Shown here piece after piece: positions 1 through 13,047 of a stretch of DNA of 64,000 nucleotides. The stretch is from contig MU626261.1 of the NCBI GenBank assembly GCA_025603075.1, positions 124,001-188,000 of the forward strand. The letters run 5' to 3'. The translations under genes and the position numbers were made by a program. The notes under the pieces are model-generated. The model saw nothing but the letters and a program-made list of their open reading frames with translations, had not been told where the DNA came from and did not search any database. Origin of the DNA: Neoconidiobolus thromboides FSU 785 (taxonomy: Eukaryota; Fungi; Entomophthoromycota). Position 1 is the stretch's first letter. The number at the start of each line of letters is the position of its first letter.

Positions 1-365
1 TTAGGTTTCCCATCTTTTGAATATTCAATTTCTATCTTTTTCCATAATTCTAATAACGTCTTGTCATCGCCCTCAACTCTTTTCTTTTTTTCCAATTCTA
101 ACAATATCATAGATATTAGTTTATATAACATTAATCTCCCAGTTAAAGAGGCTAATTTATCCGATAGATAAACTAAATTAGTAATCTTTTCTCGTTCGTT
201 AATTGTATTTAATAATCTAATATAAGGTTGTAATTCAGGTTCAGTGATAGGCCATTGGGAATAATTAAAAAGCCATTTAATAATTATCTAGGATAGACGA
301 TAAATAATTAATTGATTTTAAAGTCAAGCACTTACTTTAGGCTGTTGATTATCAATGAGAGACAT
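1..365 (-). CDS. Sfp-type 4'-phosphopantetheinyl transferase (Lys5/AASDHPPT-like), 5' part; runs off the window
   Basis: ATG at 365 and one intron (gtaagt...ctag) give MSLIDNQQPK|IIKWLFNYSQWPITEPELQPYIRLLNTINEREKITNLVYLSDKLASLTGRLMLYKL...IEYSKDGKP. The D..SL.GRL and GKP motifs are typical of fungal PPTases. Not in the ORF track. Confidence 0.75.
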
Positions 366-527
366 TCAAAAAGATAAAAAAAGTAAGTTATTTAGAATAG
401 AAACTCAAAAAAACTCATTTTTAATACCTCATTTTATTTTTGAAAAAAAACTTCTAAATAAAACAAAAAATACTCAAAGATAATAATAATAATATCGAGT
501 TTTAACAATAACAATAACAATACTATA

Positions 528-2049
528 TTATTTTAAACTTCTTTTAGCATACCAATGTAACCCACTACCAAATAGAATAGCTAATAATAAAGACCCAATT
601 AGAATACCTACAAACCAATAAATCGTATTTTCATCTGGGTTATCATCATCTGTTCTTCCTAATACTTTAACATTCATACCCCAAATACCTAATAATAATA
701 ATCAATAATTGTTAACATTAATAACTATATAATTTATAATGAAACTAGAATTAAAAAATCAATTGCTTACCAGTAGTTAATAAAAATACAGAAAATATAG
801 CACCAAGATAAGTTAATACCATAGATTGATCAAAAGTACTATTATTATCTCTTATATATTTTAAAGTTAAAGAATCCATATAATTACTATAACTCCGAGT
901 TAATATTTTTTCTAAATGAATACAATTCTGCATCATGGAAGTTATATGATCTAAAACGAAGTTAATATAAGAAAATAGATTATCTATTTAAAATGAAACA
1001 CTTACCTTCTACATCCCCAAAGTATAATTGAATACCATTATCAAAATCTTTCTTACTGAGTACTCTTTCGGTCAAACCATGACAAAGATCCAGTTTATGG
1101 GACATTAATTTACTAATCGAAAACACTTGTTGTTTTAATACGTTTAATTGATAAATTGTTTTTTCGGTAAATGCTTTAGAACTATCAATTTCAGGGAGTA
1201 AGATCAAATCTTCTAATTTTTCGGCTTCAAGGATGCACGCTTTTAATAGTGGATCGAGATTGTCAATCACTTGATCTAATATAGCATAGGCTATCCAACC
1301 CGTTGAATTATGATTTTTTGATTTTAATGCTTGTAAGCGTTGTAACACACGTTCACGATGGGGAAGGTAGTTATTACTTACCTATACATTTTATAAAAAA
1401 ATAGCTAAGTTCAAGTATCTTAAGTAAATTAACTAAATCTTACTGTGATTATACCTCTAGTTGTAATAATATTATAAATACTACAACTATTAATTTCCAT
1501 CTCAAAAATACTTTGCTTTTCATTTACACAACTGGTAGTTGATTGATAACTTAAAAAATCATAGTTTTTTAATGTTTCTAAACTTTCTTTGGAATTTTGA
1601 GTATATATTGCTTCCACCGAATTCATATCTAATTGGAATACTTGCTTAATCAAATTTAATTCGGAACTGGTAGGATTAATTAAATCAATCCAGTAACTTT
1701 CTGAATTTAAATAAGTTTTCCAAAGCTCTAAATCCAAACAGGTTAAACTATCTAATGTTCTAATACCTTCTGTAAACGAATAAAACATACATCTTTTTAA
1801 TGAAGTTAATTCTGGTATTTGATATAATTTTTCTTCTTCATAATTTGAACTATGACCTTTTTCTTTTAAATAGCTTTCTAAAGCTTCAAAGTTAATAGTT
1901 GAAGATTCTCGTAAAGTATGAGATTTAGTGGAGTCCGAGGTTTTTGGTGTTTGATAATCTTTGATGATACTAGGTTCACAAAGTGATGAAGTTAAGGTTG
2001 ATTCTATAATTGGATCAGGTAATAACAAGATAGATGGTGGACGTGGCAT
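528..2049 (-). CDS. CorA/Alr1-family Mg2+ transporter, multi-exon
   Basis: Joins ORFs 1429-2049, 980-1348 and 751-936 plus a last exon GIWGMNVKVLGR...WFVGILIGSLLLAIL. Has the GMN signature, two C-terminal TM helices, and the WIDL..P and WIAYAILDQVID motifs. Confidence 0.88.
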
Positions 2050-2633
2050 TCTTTATGATTTCTTAAGTTGTATTGAATTGAAAGTTGGGATTCTTTTTTT
2101 TAAGGATTGACCATAACTTAACACTTAGTTATTTATCCTCTTTTATTATATTATTTTTATACTTGCTGAAGGAGTCTTGGAGTATTTAAATTGAATTAAG
2201 CACTTTTTGGATTTAATTGAGTTCTATTTAGAAGTTAAATTTAGTAAATTAAAAATTTATCAAAGAGAACTAGGCTTAAAAAGAATTAATTTTTTATATT
2301 AAGCAATAATTGAATTTATAAAAAAACAATAATAGTCAAGTAATCAATTAAAGTGGGTAAGACTTTATTTGTTAAGAATAATTCTTTCAAACTTTGTACA
2401 AGTACAAGATATTATTTTTATTTGTATCAAAAAACAATATTTAATTTATCTTTAGCTATATCATTTAAAAAGAAATATGCTCAAAACAATATAATGTCCT
2501 TAAATTGATTTCTAAATTTATTAAAAAGCGCTTAAATTTTAGAAAACTAAGTTTATAAAATCATATTAAGAGAAGGTTAAAAAAAAGCAGATCAAATATT
2601 ATGTAACTACTCAACTAACTTTACTTTAAATAC

Positions 2634-4065
2634 TTAATTTTTTTTATCTAATTCATTCATGGCAATAGGCAAAACATTGTCATTATTATCTTCTTGTTGT
2701 TCTGTTAGTTGTTGGTAATCATTACTAGCCATATTTGTTTTTTCCTGTATTTCTTGTTGTTGCCAAGTTTTGGCTTTCGAGTAAAATATACCTGCAAGGA
2801 AAGCTATATAGTTTATAATTAATAAAAATAATAAAATAAATAACAAAATATATTATCTTACCAATTATAATGGCCATGATCTTTGGTGTAGTGACTTTAT
2901 CTTTAAAATAAAGCATACCAATAACAGCTATTGGTAATTTATTTAAAGCTCCTGTCATTCTATAAATATACTGTTAATAATTTCAAATCAAAAATAGCCA
3001 ATAATATTACGAATAAGTAGTTGAATTTGTAACACGAATACACCAAGCACTGGTATAAGAAATAGCGAAAGCGGATAAACCCGACACAACTAAAGCTTTT
3101 AAAAGGGAATACAGTAATTCGGAATTAGCTTCATCAAAACTAAGAATAACAGTTAGTCCTATTTTTTTTAAATTGTAATAAAATACTTACTAAAAAGCAT
3201 ATAATCCTGGCCAATTTTCTGTGAGTAAACTGAAAATTAAAAATAAAGGAAGAGTCAATAAGTTATTAAAATAAACGGTATCAAAATCTTTAAAATTCAC
3301 TGTTTTGATCACTTTTCTCATAAATAAAACGAAGACAGCGGAGGAAATACAATTCAAAAACATCCAAAAATACCCTTCAGCATTGAATTCTAATTCTGCC
3401 CAGCCACCAACAATACTACTTAATACCTGTTTGAAATTTAGTTTGTATCTTATAGAATTATTAAAGAATGCATAAAATTACCATTAATCCAAAGGAAACT
3501 AACATAGCATTCGTTACTTTACTTTTAAATAATAAATTTTCCCCATAAGCAACAGCAATGATTGTCAAATTTTTAAAGATGGTAAATAATGGAACTGGTA
3601 AATGTTCTAAACTAAAAAAATAGAAAAATTATTAACATATTCTTTAAATCAATAAAAATAATGAATATTTTACCTTTTTCCACCAGTATACAGCATAGTA
3701 GCCATAAGAAAAGAAACTGGGAACCCTGGAGAAAGAGATAAATAAAATATAAAAATAGAATATCATTAAACTTACATTTCTTTCCATCCACTAAATTAAA
3801 ACTACGAAATTTTAATAAATTAAAAGCACCAAATATTTGAACTAATCCAACAGAAAAACCGGCCTAATAGAGATAAGTTTAATATTAATAAATAGCTTAA
3901 TAACAATGAATAATAGTTTACTTGGATAGCCAACAATAAAAACACAATAGGAGGTTTTCTAAAATACGATAATACTAATTTATTAACCAAAGTCATCAAT
4001 ATAGAAGATGAACAATAAGCTAATATAGCACTAACGCTACTTAATTTTGCTTTAGGTGCTTCCAT
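2634..4065 (-). CDS. VRG4: Golgi GDP-mannose transporter (Vrg4/GONST family), multi-exon
   Basis: Spliced product contains [31 protein letters not shown] and [16 protein letters not shown] (GALNK motif). Confidence 0.92.
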
Positions 4066-5742
4066 CTTTTTATTTTTATCAATCTATTATTTTATAAAGA
4101 AAAAACTATAAAACAAGTTAAACTTTAGTAACTTTTATTTCCTCTCTCCTCCATTTTTACCATGTTAATTTACTGGGTTCTGTGATAGCTACTTTAAATC
4201 GATTGTGATTGGTTAAGATGAAGAACATTAATAACTTGTGCTAATTTTAATCTTATTGCATTGTAATCGTAAATTATCTTCTGGGCTTAAACTCAGGGCT
4301 TAGGATTAGCAATAAGTTGCTAGTTTACTTATTGCATTAAATAACTTTATATATTATATAATATAATATTTATTATAGTTACTAATGTTTCCTATTTTTA
4401 TTTAACAACTAATTTATTTTATCAATTTTTGAAATAGTTTCTGATTTTTATCTTATTTTTATTCATTTCCTTTTTAAGATTTGAGTTATTTTAAAACTAA
4501 TTAAAGTTAATTTTAATTTTAAAAAGCTGGTTTAATATGCTTTGGGTATTTGCACCATATGCTTGTAAAGCCTGACAAATAAATATTTTTCATTAGATAG
4601 ATACCTAAAATAAATATACTTCTATGTAAAGTATGTAAGTTTTAAATAAAGTCAATATTTGATTATTTATACTTTATAATTTTTTTATTAACTTTGTAGT
4701 ATTTACTTTATTATATTGAATAAACGTATTTTGTAATTATTTTTAAATAATTCCTATTAATATCCCTATGTCTCTAATTGGCGTTTTAAAATATATCAAC
4801 TTAAAATCTAAATGCTATGAAAAAAATTGAAACATTATTTTTACTAATAGAAACTACTGTATTATACGATTAAAAGTATTGACCAAAAAATTTATAGATG
4901 GTATTTTTATTATAAAGGAAGCAGTAAACTATATTTGAAGACATTTTTGTTATTAAAACTTGCTTATAATACTGATAGCTGTTTGAATAATAGAAACTGA
5001 CTTGTAATATTAAATTAATAAATTAGTATTTTAAGTTTAAATTTATTTGTTTATTACAGTCGCCTATTTAAAGTAACCCTACAAGCCTCTCAAATAACAG
5101 CACATTTACTATTAGGAATGATATCCAAATGTAAGTGTAAACTGTATTGTATAGTACCTTTTAGCTGTATCAAGATGCTTTTAACGTTCATTTAATCCCT
5201 ATAAAGTATATTTATTTGCTTGTCAAATGGAAATGTATTATTGGTAGAATAGTCTATTATCATTATGTTTACAATTTTTTGGTATTTTTCAAGATAAACG
5301 TATTTAGTTAAAAGAAAGTTAATACAGGTGTAGTTAAATTAGTAATAACACTAAAGGTTAAATAATATTATAAGGGTATATTTGTTGTCGTTTTAAATAC
5401 CATTGATCATTTTAACATCATTTATAAAATATAACAGGTATGGAATTTTAAAAATTCCATGTTCTAACTAAATTAAATCCAACTTTAATTTTAAATTTTA
5501 TACATATTTACTAAGTATTAATTGTTTAAAACATTAATAAAAACAAAGAGAGCCCACAATAAATATGAGATATAATAAAATCCTTTAATAGCTTTGTTAT
5601 CTTTACTGTTAATTCATGATGAAATATGGTGAAATAAACCATTTTTACTTTTAAAATTAAATAAGCATACTGCTTACGTCGACAATCCAAAACTAATAAA
5701 AAAATAAGCTTTACAAAAAATGGATTATTTTCTTAAGAAAAG

Positions 5743-6519
5743 ATGGCGACTTACTTTGGTATATTGTTACATAATTTACATTAACTCTTAGCTAACAAAA
5801 CATTTAGAGGAACATGATTTAAAACCGGAGATTGAGATGACTAAGTCAAATACTAAACAAAATATTCGACTTACTCTTAAAGATTATTTAACCGATCCTA
5901 ATACTGAAATTCCAAATAACGAGTTTATTGATTTAGCAAAGTAAATATTATTTCAATGTATCACCACACTAATTTCAATTAAAAATAAAAGCTTCTACTT
6001 ACAGGTGATCCAGCAGAACGCAGATGCTAGTGAGTTAGACCAACTTGTTTTATTAGATAACTTGGTAGCTGAATTAATCGAACAAGGACTTCAACAGTAA
6101 GCTATTAGATTTTATTTAATGTAACAATTAATAACCTATATTATAGCAAACAAGGACCACCAGCAGCTTCAGCTAAATTTATCAAGGACTTAAGTATTGT
6201 ATCTAAAGAAAAGATTGAAAAGAATGCTAGGTGTAGTATATGCAGAGAAGACTTGGACCGTGAAGAAGTGGATAGTAAGGTCACTATTTTACCTTGTAAA
6301 CATTATTTTGATTTAGACTGTGTTGTTCCTTGGTTAAAACTGGTATTCATTTTTTATTTTACTTTTTTTATGTGAGTCTTATGCTCTTTGATATTATTTT
6401 AGCACAATACTTGTCCAGTTTGTAGAGCCGAGGTACCCACAGATGATCAAGAATGGCTTAGAAAAAAACATTGTTTAGTTCCTTATGAGGATTATGATCC
6501 TGATTATATGTACTCATAA
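5743..6519 (+). CDS. RNF181: RING-H2 E3 ubiquitin ligase, RNF181-like, 5 exons
   Basis: Starts MATYF|EEHDL (RNF181-type N-terminus). Contains GPPAASAKFI, CSICREDL...LPCKHYFDLDCVVPWLKL|HNTCPVCRAEVPTDD and ends MYS*. Not in the ORF track. Confidence 0.8.
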
Positions 6520-6611
6520 ATATTTTAGTATTAAGAAACGATTAAATTTTGATTTTTTCCGAAGCTAAATTTTTATTTAAAATTTTATATTAATAGAATA
6601 TTGATTTTTTA

Positions 6612-8315
6612 TTATTTATCTTTTTTATCTTTTATACTTAATTTACCAGTTGGAGAAGAATCCAATTTAAGATTAATACGACCAACGATTGAAATAATTA
6701 AGAAAAGAGATAAAAAGGCTATAAAAAGAACAAATGGTTTACGTAGAAGATTGATGGGTTCATAGTCATACTCAATCTATAATAACAGATAATCAGATGT
6801 TATATTGAATATTTTTAATAACAAATTACCTCAATATCCTTCCATTGTTTTGATACTACATTCTTTCTTTTAATTATGACTGTATTTCTTCCAATACTAT
6901 CGAAATAAGAATAATGTTTTCCGAATTCTACTTCATAAAACTCAAATGGAATTGTTTTAATATTGACATTACTAAAAAATTAAAATTAAAACTTAAGACC
7001 AAAATAAAAGGATAATCTTACTTTGCTCCTTCAGGTAAAATGACACGTAAAGTAACATCCAAAGCATTTAAATCCTTAACTGATTTTACAAATGGAACTT
7101 TAAGTGTAAATTGTTTTGTATTTTCTGAATTATAACTTAAGTAGGAACTCAAAGGTAAGTTATACCCATGATACCAAGTATAACTCCAACCACCATAAAT
7201 AGGATAACGTGGAAGAAGAGTTAATTTACTGTCTTTACTTCCAGCATAAAAATTGGATGTTGATACATTTCCAATTTCATCACGATAGTATGGATCTTTA
7301 ACTCCTTTTGGTAATACAAAATCAAACTTAGTGACATACCTTTCATTATGTGATAATCTATCTAACATACGATGAACTAAATTGGAGTTTTCTCCTTTAA
7401 TACTAAATAAAAGTATTAACTATAAAACTTATTATTTAAACTCTTAGTTACCTTGGCCCATAATTACCAACATTATAATGTTCTTCAACAGCAAGGGTAT
7501 TAGCCCAATGAGAAATTTCAACATCACGATGAATGGAAGTGGCATAAACATAAGGAATCTTATAATGAAAATGAAGATTAAGTTTAGAATAAGGGAAATA
7601 CGTTAAGTTTTTATAAGGTCCAAAGGTCATTAATTTATCTTTTTTTTCATAGTCTTTTGGTTCAATAGATTCTGATAATACATTGGAATTTGGTAACCTT
7701 TTTAATAAAATTATTATTGTTATTATTATTCTTTTACAATAAATTGAACGAAACTTACTTTACAGTAATTTTTTGATTATCTGATAGATAAGGGGATGAA
7801 AAATAAAGGTTATCTTGTAAACGAAGTAATTGTCGATCACGTTGAGCTGAACTTTTTGGGTAAGCTTCCAAGTTATTGATCATTTCCATTTTAATATTTA
7901 ATACTATTTTAGATTCGGAACGAAGCGGTGGGTCAAAATTAATTGAATAAAATTGAAGGTCTCTTTTTTTTAAAAAAATAAATGAATTAATAGAGCTATA
8001 TAAAATATAAAACTACCTTTTAGGATCGTATTTTCCCAAAGAAACGGACAAAGGTAGCTTTTCTGCTTTTGTTTGTACATTGATTGAGCTTAGTGTTGAA
8101 TTTAACTTTGAAGAAACCGAAAAAAAATACTTTTTAGCATTGATAGTTTGTTGGTTTAAAATCACAATGGAAGTAAAATCTTTGATCTTTAATGGCTCAG
8201 TGATATCAATAGTTCTTGCTAAATTTATGTTTTTAAAATCATTGGTATTTACTTTCCCTTCACTTTTAGATATCCCTAAACTAAATAATAATAGTAATCC
8301 GTAGTGGACCTTCAT
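6612..8315 (-). CDS. OST1: Oligosaccharyltransferase subunit ribophorin I (Ost1/RPN1), multi-exon
   Basis: Signal peptide, RDVEISHWANTLAVEEHY, YYRDEIGNVSTS, PRYPIYGGW and a C-terminal TM segment (LLRKPFVLFIAFLSLFLIISIVGR). Confidence 0.93.
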
Positions 8316-8597
8316 TCTTTTATTGTTTTTTTTATTAGTTAAAAGATAAGTTATTGATTTTTTAACTTTGAGTTATTAGCTGGTGATGACTTAGCTTGCA
8401 TCGTTTTATTGGTGTAAAAAAATGAAAATTCAGTCGATTCTTATTGGTGTAATTAAAAACGATTTTATTTTAAGAAACATATGTAACCAATGCTCAATTT
8501 TTTTAATTTATAAATTTGGCGAACACTGGCTTGTCTATAATACTCAAGTGATTGAAATTTATAATGAACATTATTCGCGCAGTCTAAACCAAACCAA

Positions 8598-8709
8598 CCC
8601 TTTGGGTGTTGAATTTCAAAAAAAGTTGACCCAATTAGCATAAAATCAATTAGAAATCATAGTTTAATCGAACAGAATTCTTTATGGTACTCAATATTCA
8701 AAGGATTAA
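8598..8709. mobile_element. Degenerate piggyBac-like MITE (family B)
   Basis: Left end aaccctttgggtgttgaat matches the reverse complement of the right end (aatcctttgaatattgagt) at 14/19, and the right end is followed by TTAA. The right 40 bp match 13132-13171 at 32/40. Confidence 0.5.
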
Positions 8710-9608
8710 CTCATCTCTACATGGCAATTTCAAGCCTTTGATTTCATTAGAACCACCTACCTTTTTGTCAATAGATCTGTTACATTTAAATCCTTCCATC
8801 TATACAATTTATTGTCAGTTCATTTTGTGAATTAAGTAGATGTAAAAAGAATAGAACCTAAAAGTTTACACAAAAAAATTAGAAGCATCTAAATGCAATC
8901 AATTTTAATACAATTTTTATTAAAGTCTACTTTTTAATTATAAACGAATTTGTCAATATGATTGTCTATATGAACCTATGTTAAAATAAACAGCTTTTCC
9001 TATCAAATAAAGCTATAGTAATTCTTTATGGCATGATAAAATAATATATTTAAGAAGAAAATCACATTAGAATTTTATTTTAAAAAAACTCAAATTAAAT
9101 ATTATCATCGAAAAATTGAACATTCATTTCCCATCAAATATCTAGTTCACCATTAACACTCTTTATATTTACCATTGTTCCTTTGTCATTCAATTTGAAT
9201 TCTAAATTTTATTATCCTAACAACAAAGCACTTAGAGCTAATCTTTTAAAAATTACAAAACAGGTGGTCCAATTAGAACAGAAGTTAGTTCATTTCTTAA
9301 GAAAATACAAACTATTTAAAAGAACAGAGAATGTTTTGATGAAAAGATATCTCTGCCCATTACTAATGTTAATAGGTATTAATTTCATATTAATAAAATC
9401 TTTTTGAAATATAACAACAATTTATTGAATCATCAAATCCTTGTAAGCATCACTTATTTGAACAATGGCATCAAGATATTATTTACTGAATAACTTTTAG
9501 GGTGTAGTATATATAAATTTGATTTGCGATACTCAGACGATTTATAGAATCTAATTTATAATTATAAATGTGAAAATTAGTTTTTATGAAAGTTATAATT
9601 TAATGTAT

Positions 9609-9700
9609 GGGGCTGTTTTTTTTGGTTTCATAACTTTTTCCATTTTTTAAGCACTATTCAAGCGGAAAAATTGTTAGTAAAATTATTAAGCAATAAAAAT
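9609..9700 (-). mobile_element. Family A MITE-like element, right TIR eroded
   Basis: ggggctgttttttttggtttcataactttttccattttttaagcactattcaagcggaaaaattgttagtaaaatt matches the reverse complement of the 18831 copy. Strand is relative to an arbitrary consensus orientation. Confidence 0.75.
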
Positions 9701-10586
9701 CAAAAAACTTGACCACTTTTATAATTTATTGATTTATAAGGGATAACATGACTTTTTGTCTCAATTTTTAAAATTATAAGAGTATATTTCAACTTAGTAC
9801 TTTTTGCCCTAGAAGTATTTTACTATTACACAACTTTGAAATGATCAAAAATACACCAAATACACGCTTTAAATGCTTTTCTTATACCTCCAAAGTATTA
9901 ATCGTGTGAAAAATCTTAGTATAATAGTGTTGTGTTTTATAAATCTAGAACTAGTACCAAGAATGTAAAATTTGATAGTCTAAAATATTAAATAAAAAAA
10001 TATTTCAAATATGTATTTCAAATAGTAATTTATAATATTGCAAATGCTGACATATGTGGGGTTTTAATAGAGTCGTTTTCTATATTTAATAAATTCGGAA
10101 TCAACTACAGGTATATAGATGTTAATATATTATATTGTAGATATAAAATACATCAAATCATATTTTCTATAGTGTTTACCATACCTTACAACACCAGTCA
10201 TACAGAATATATTGATAGCGTATGTTTGGATATTGTATTAGTCTGGATTTCTCCTAAGATACATAAGTACTTAGCTTTATCACTTAACGGTTATAAAAAA
10301 CATTAATAGTAGGAGTCATTATGAGCTGTACTATTAACTTTAAAAATTATTTTGACAATTACCAACTAGATATAAATCCAAATATCAAAATGAATTCATT
10401 TTGTATAGTTATCCAGCCTTCCTTTCTTTATGTAGGGTATTTATTTTTACCCTCTATTTGATTTGAATTTGTCGAAAATAATATGTATATTTCCTTATTA
10501 TCCATAGACTAGAATTAAGGGAAGTTTTTTACATGATATATCAAAGCTATTAGTTGATAATAAAGAATCATATCAAGCTTGAGAAT

Positions 10587-11366
10587 ATAAACGAAAGATC
10601 ATACAAATACTATGATACAAATTAAGGCAATTGTTTTGATCTAACTATCCCTTTAAATTATACTTCAAACTCTTCTTTATTAGTATAGATTCCTAGTGGA
10701 GCATTTGTAACAGAAGATATGAAACCAAGTAGAATCATGGCAGCTAATTCAGCTAAGAATTATAATATTATGACTGTTATTATTCGTTATCGCTTAAATC
10801 AAGAATATAGAAAAAATGAAATTGAGCATCCAGATCATATTAAAGAGACTTCTAATGTTTTCTTTATTAGTTACTCATTAAATCGTTTTAAAAAGATAGT
10901 AAGATATTTGTCGGTGGTCACTCTGTTGGTGCCCATTTAAGTGCCTTGTTATTATTGGACGCTAATCAACACACCGATAATAACAGCATTAAACCATTAA
11001 AACAAATCAAAGGGGCTATTTCAATTGATGGTATCTTTGGTTTAGAATTATTAGCTAAACAGAGCAATATGTTTATCTGTCAATTTACTGAGCCTGCCTT
11101 TGATACTAATGAATTAGGTGCATGGGAACAGGCATCACTACATTACAGTATTATTTCCAATTCATTGAACAAGATCCATTATACTATACTATCAAGGTAT
11201 TTGTTGATTGATTCATAATAAACGATTCAATTTGCTAAACATTTGAATCGTATTGGATTAAATCAAATTGATACTATTCAAGGTGAATTTGGTCAACATG
11301 ATCAACTTTCTACTTATGATGAAATACAAAATAGTATTGCAAAATTTATATTGAATTAAATAAGGC
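10587..11366 (+). pseudogene. Pseudogene of the alpha/beta-hydrolase at 43569-44381
   Basis: Colinear with the intact copy. ATG>ATA, CAA>TAA at codon 13, TGG>TAG at codon 34, a frameshift before KDSK, a 21-nt deletion removing the EDTLVD segment, and CAA CAA>TAA TAA. GHSVG is retained. Confidence 0.92.
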
Positions 11367-12035
11367 TAATATTTTATAACAGCAACGATGATGACGATAT
11401 TTTAGTTTTAAAATACCTTAAATTTTGGTTTATCTTAAGATACTTTATTAAATAAAGTGATAAGTTTTAAGTAATATAATCATCAAACGTATCAAGTGTA
11501 AAAAGCATTCAATATAAAAATAGTATATAAAAACACTATTTATAATTTAATAAAGAGTCAATAGCATTTTTAGAGATAGGCCCCTAAAACAGGCCAGGAT
11601 AATCACTAACTTATACCATTCAACTGCAGTAGGTGAAATTAAAGAATTGTTATCAAATTACTGGATGACTAAATAAATACCTTTTTTAATTGTGACTTTA
11701 TCACTGTAAATTCGGTTGCCTTAGTTTTTGTTTAAAACCACGTATATTTTTTTGTTTTTATCTGTGTGGGTAGTATTCTATCTCAAAAAGAGCAGATGTA
11801 TTTTTGTTTTAAAATTAAGCTCTTTATTGAGGAAGGGAGTAATAATACTTAGACATCATTACTGAAATTATCTGACTCCCCTAAGAACTTAGCAATCAAA
11901 GTTATAGCTACCAATCAAGAGCAAATATGTGTTTCCAACCAACTATAGCAAAGTATCAAGGGTTAATAGCAGAAATATAATTAGTAGAATCTAACTTTTA
12001 GAAGTTGGTTTTTATTTTTAAAAAAAAACATTGAA

Positions 12036-12918
12036 ATGCTTGAAACAAAGCTAAATCAAAGCATGGTATTAAAAAATTATTTGATGAACTGAATTTCGTC
12101 TGGGATAATAGTGGTGTTGAAACACAAGTTGTGGATCGAAGGAATCTAGCTGCAACTGGTTTCTTATTAAAGAAGGACGAATTTGAATCTTCCTATTGTA
12201 ATTATGATTTAAAGCTAGGTCTCTCTTTACCATCTTTGGAGAAAAGTTTCAAATTTTTTGATGATAAGGATAGTACTGCTTTAAAAGCGGATTGTAAAGC
12301 AAAAACTCTGATGCTTACTTTTACTCTAATATGTAAGTAGCTTTGATTTATTATCATAAGAATACAATTAATTTTTTACTTTCAATTTAGATGAAAATAG
12401 GGTTTATAAATCGAACATAAAATCAACAAGTTTGATGCTGACATTTTCAATCTACTTGAAACTAATTATGATACAGATATTATTGTACCTTCAATTCAAT
12501 TTTTGGAAAATTATAAAGATCTTAGTATCTCTAATGACTCTAATGAGTTTTGCTATGACTATTAATATTTGATCTTAATTGAAATTAATTTTTAGTTATA
12601 ATTGGAGTATCTAAAGAATACGTAAAATTTACCGCTTTTGGGAAGAGTAGGAATGGGTTTGCTTATATTAAGTTGAATAACAACTGCATCGATAATGTAA
12701 ACAAAATTTATAACCAAACACATAGCCAAATTAACTCAAACTATCATTAGGATACTGTAGAGACAGTTATAAGTTGTGCCTCATCAATAAAACAAACATT
12801 TGGTTATCCATTTCTCTCTTTGGCTAAAACTCCTCCGCTATCTAATTTTGTCTTTTTAAAGCTTTCTGAAGGTTTATCTATATTAATTGAATATTCCATC
12901 GATGTGTATCCTTTGTAG
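12036..12918 (+). pseudogene. PCNA: Divergent PCNA paralogue, pseudogene, 4 exons
   Basis: Conceptual translation MLETKLNQSMVLK/KLFDELNFVWDNSGVETQVVD...LKLGLSLPSLEKSFK...LKADCKAKTLMLTF|...VPSIQFLENYKDLS...|IIGVSKEYVKFTAFG...|...KTPPLSNFVFLKLSEGLSILIEYSI aligns by eye along the whole PCNA fold. Two 1-nt frameshifts, a dead intron-2 donor and a premature TAG. Confidence 0.8.
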
Positions 12919-13047
12919 CTTTTTGTAACTCTTAAGTATAGTAGTATAGTATTTTATGAAAAGTTGATGATCTTTTAAAAAAAAGCAAAGCTTGAAAACC
13001 AATCTCAGTTTAAATTAATTTCCAATCAAAAAATTATTTGTAAAAAC

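Noticed and set aside
8080-8304. Antisense or alternative-frame ORFs overlapping real genes (also 15843, 29245, 38160, 41536, 48904, 50319, 50386, 52945, 55195)
   Set aside because: These are shadows of conserved coding sequence, with no independent motifs or splice support.
10587-11366. RIP-like signature: every start/stop lesion in the hydrolase pseudogene is CpA>TpA or TpG>TpA
   Set aside because: Stop-creating transitions are intrinsically limited to CAA, CAG, CGA and TGG codons. Many CpA sites remain unmutated, and the partner copy is intact, whereas RIP would hit both. General AT-biased mutation is sufficient.
11830-11885. Stowaway-like terminus (aagggagta ... actccc)
   Set aside because: The arms are only 6 bp, are oriented opposite to Stowaway TIRs, and have no second copy.
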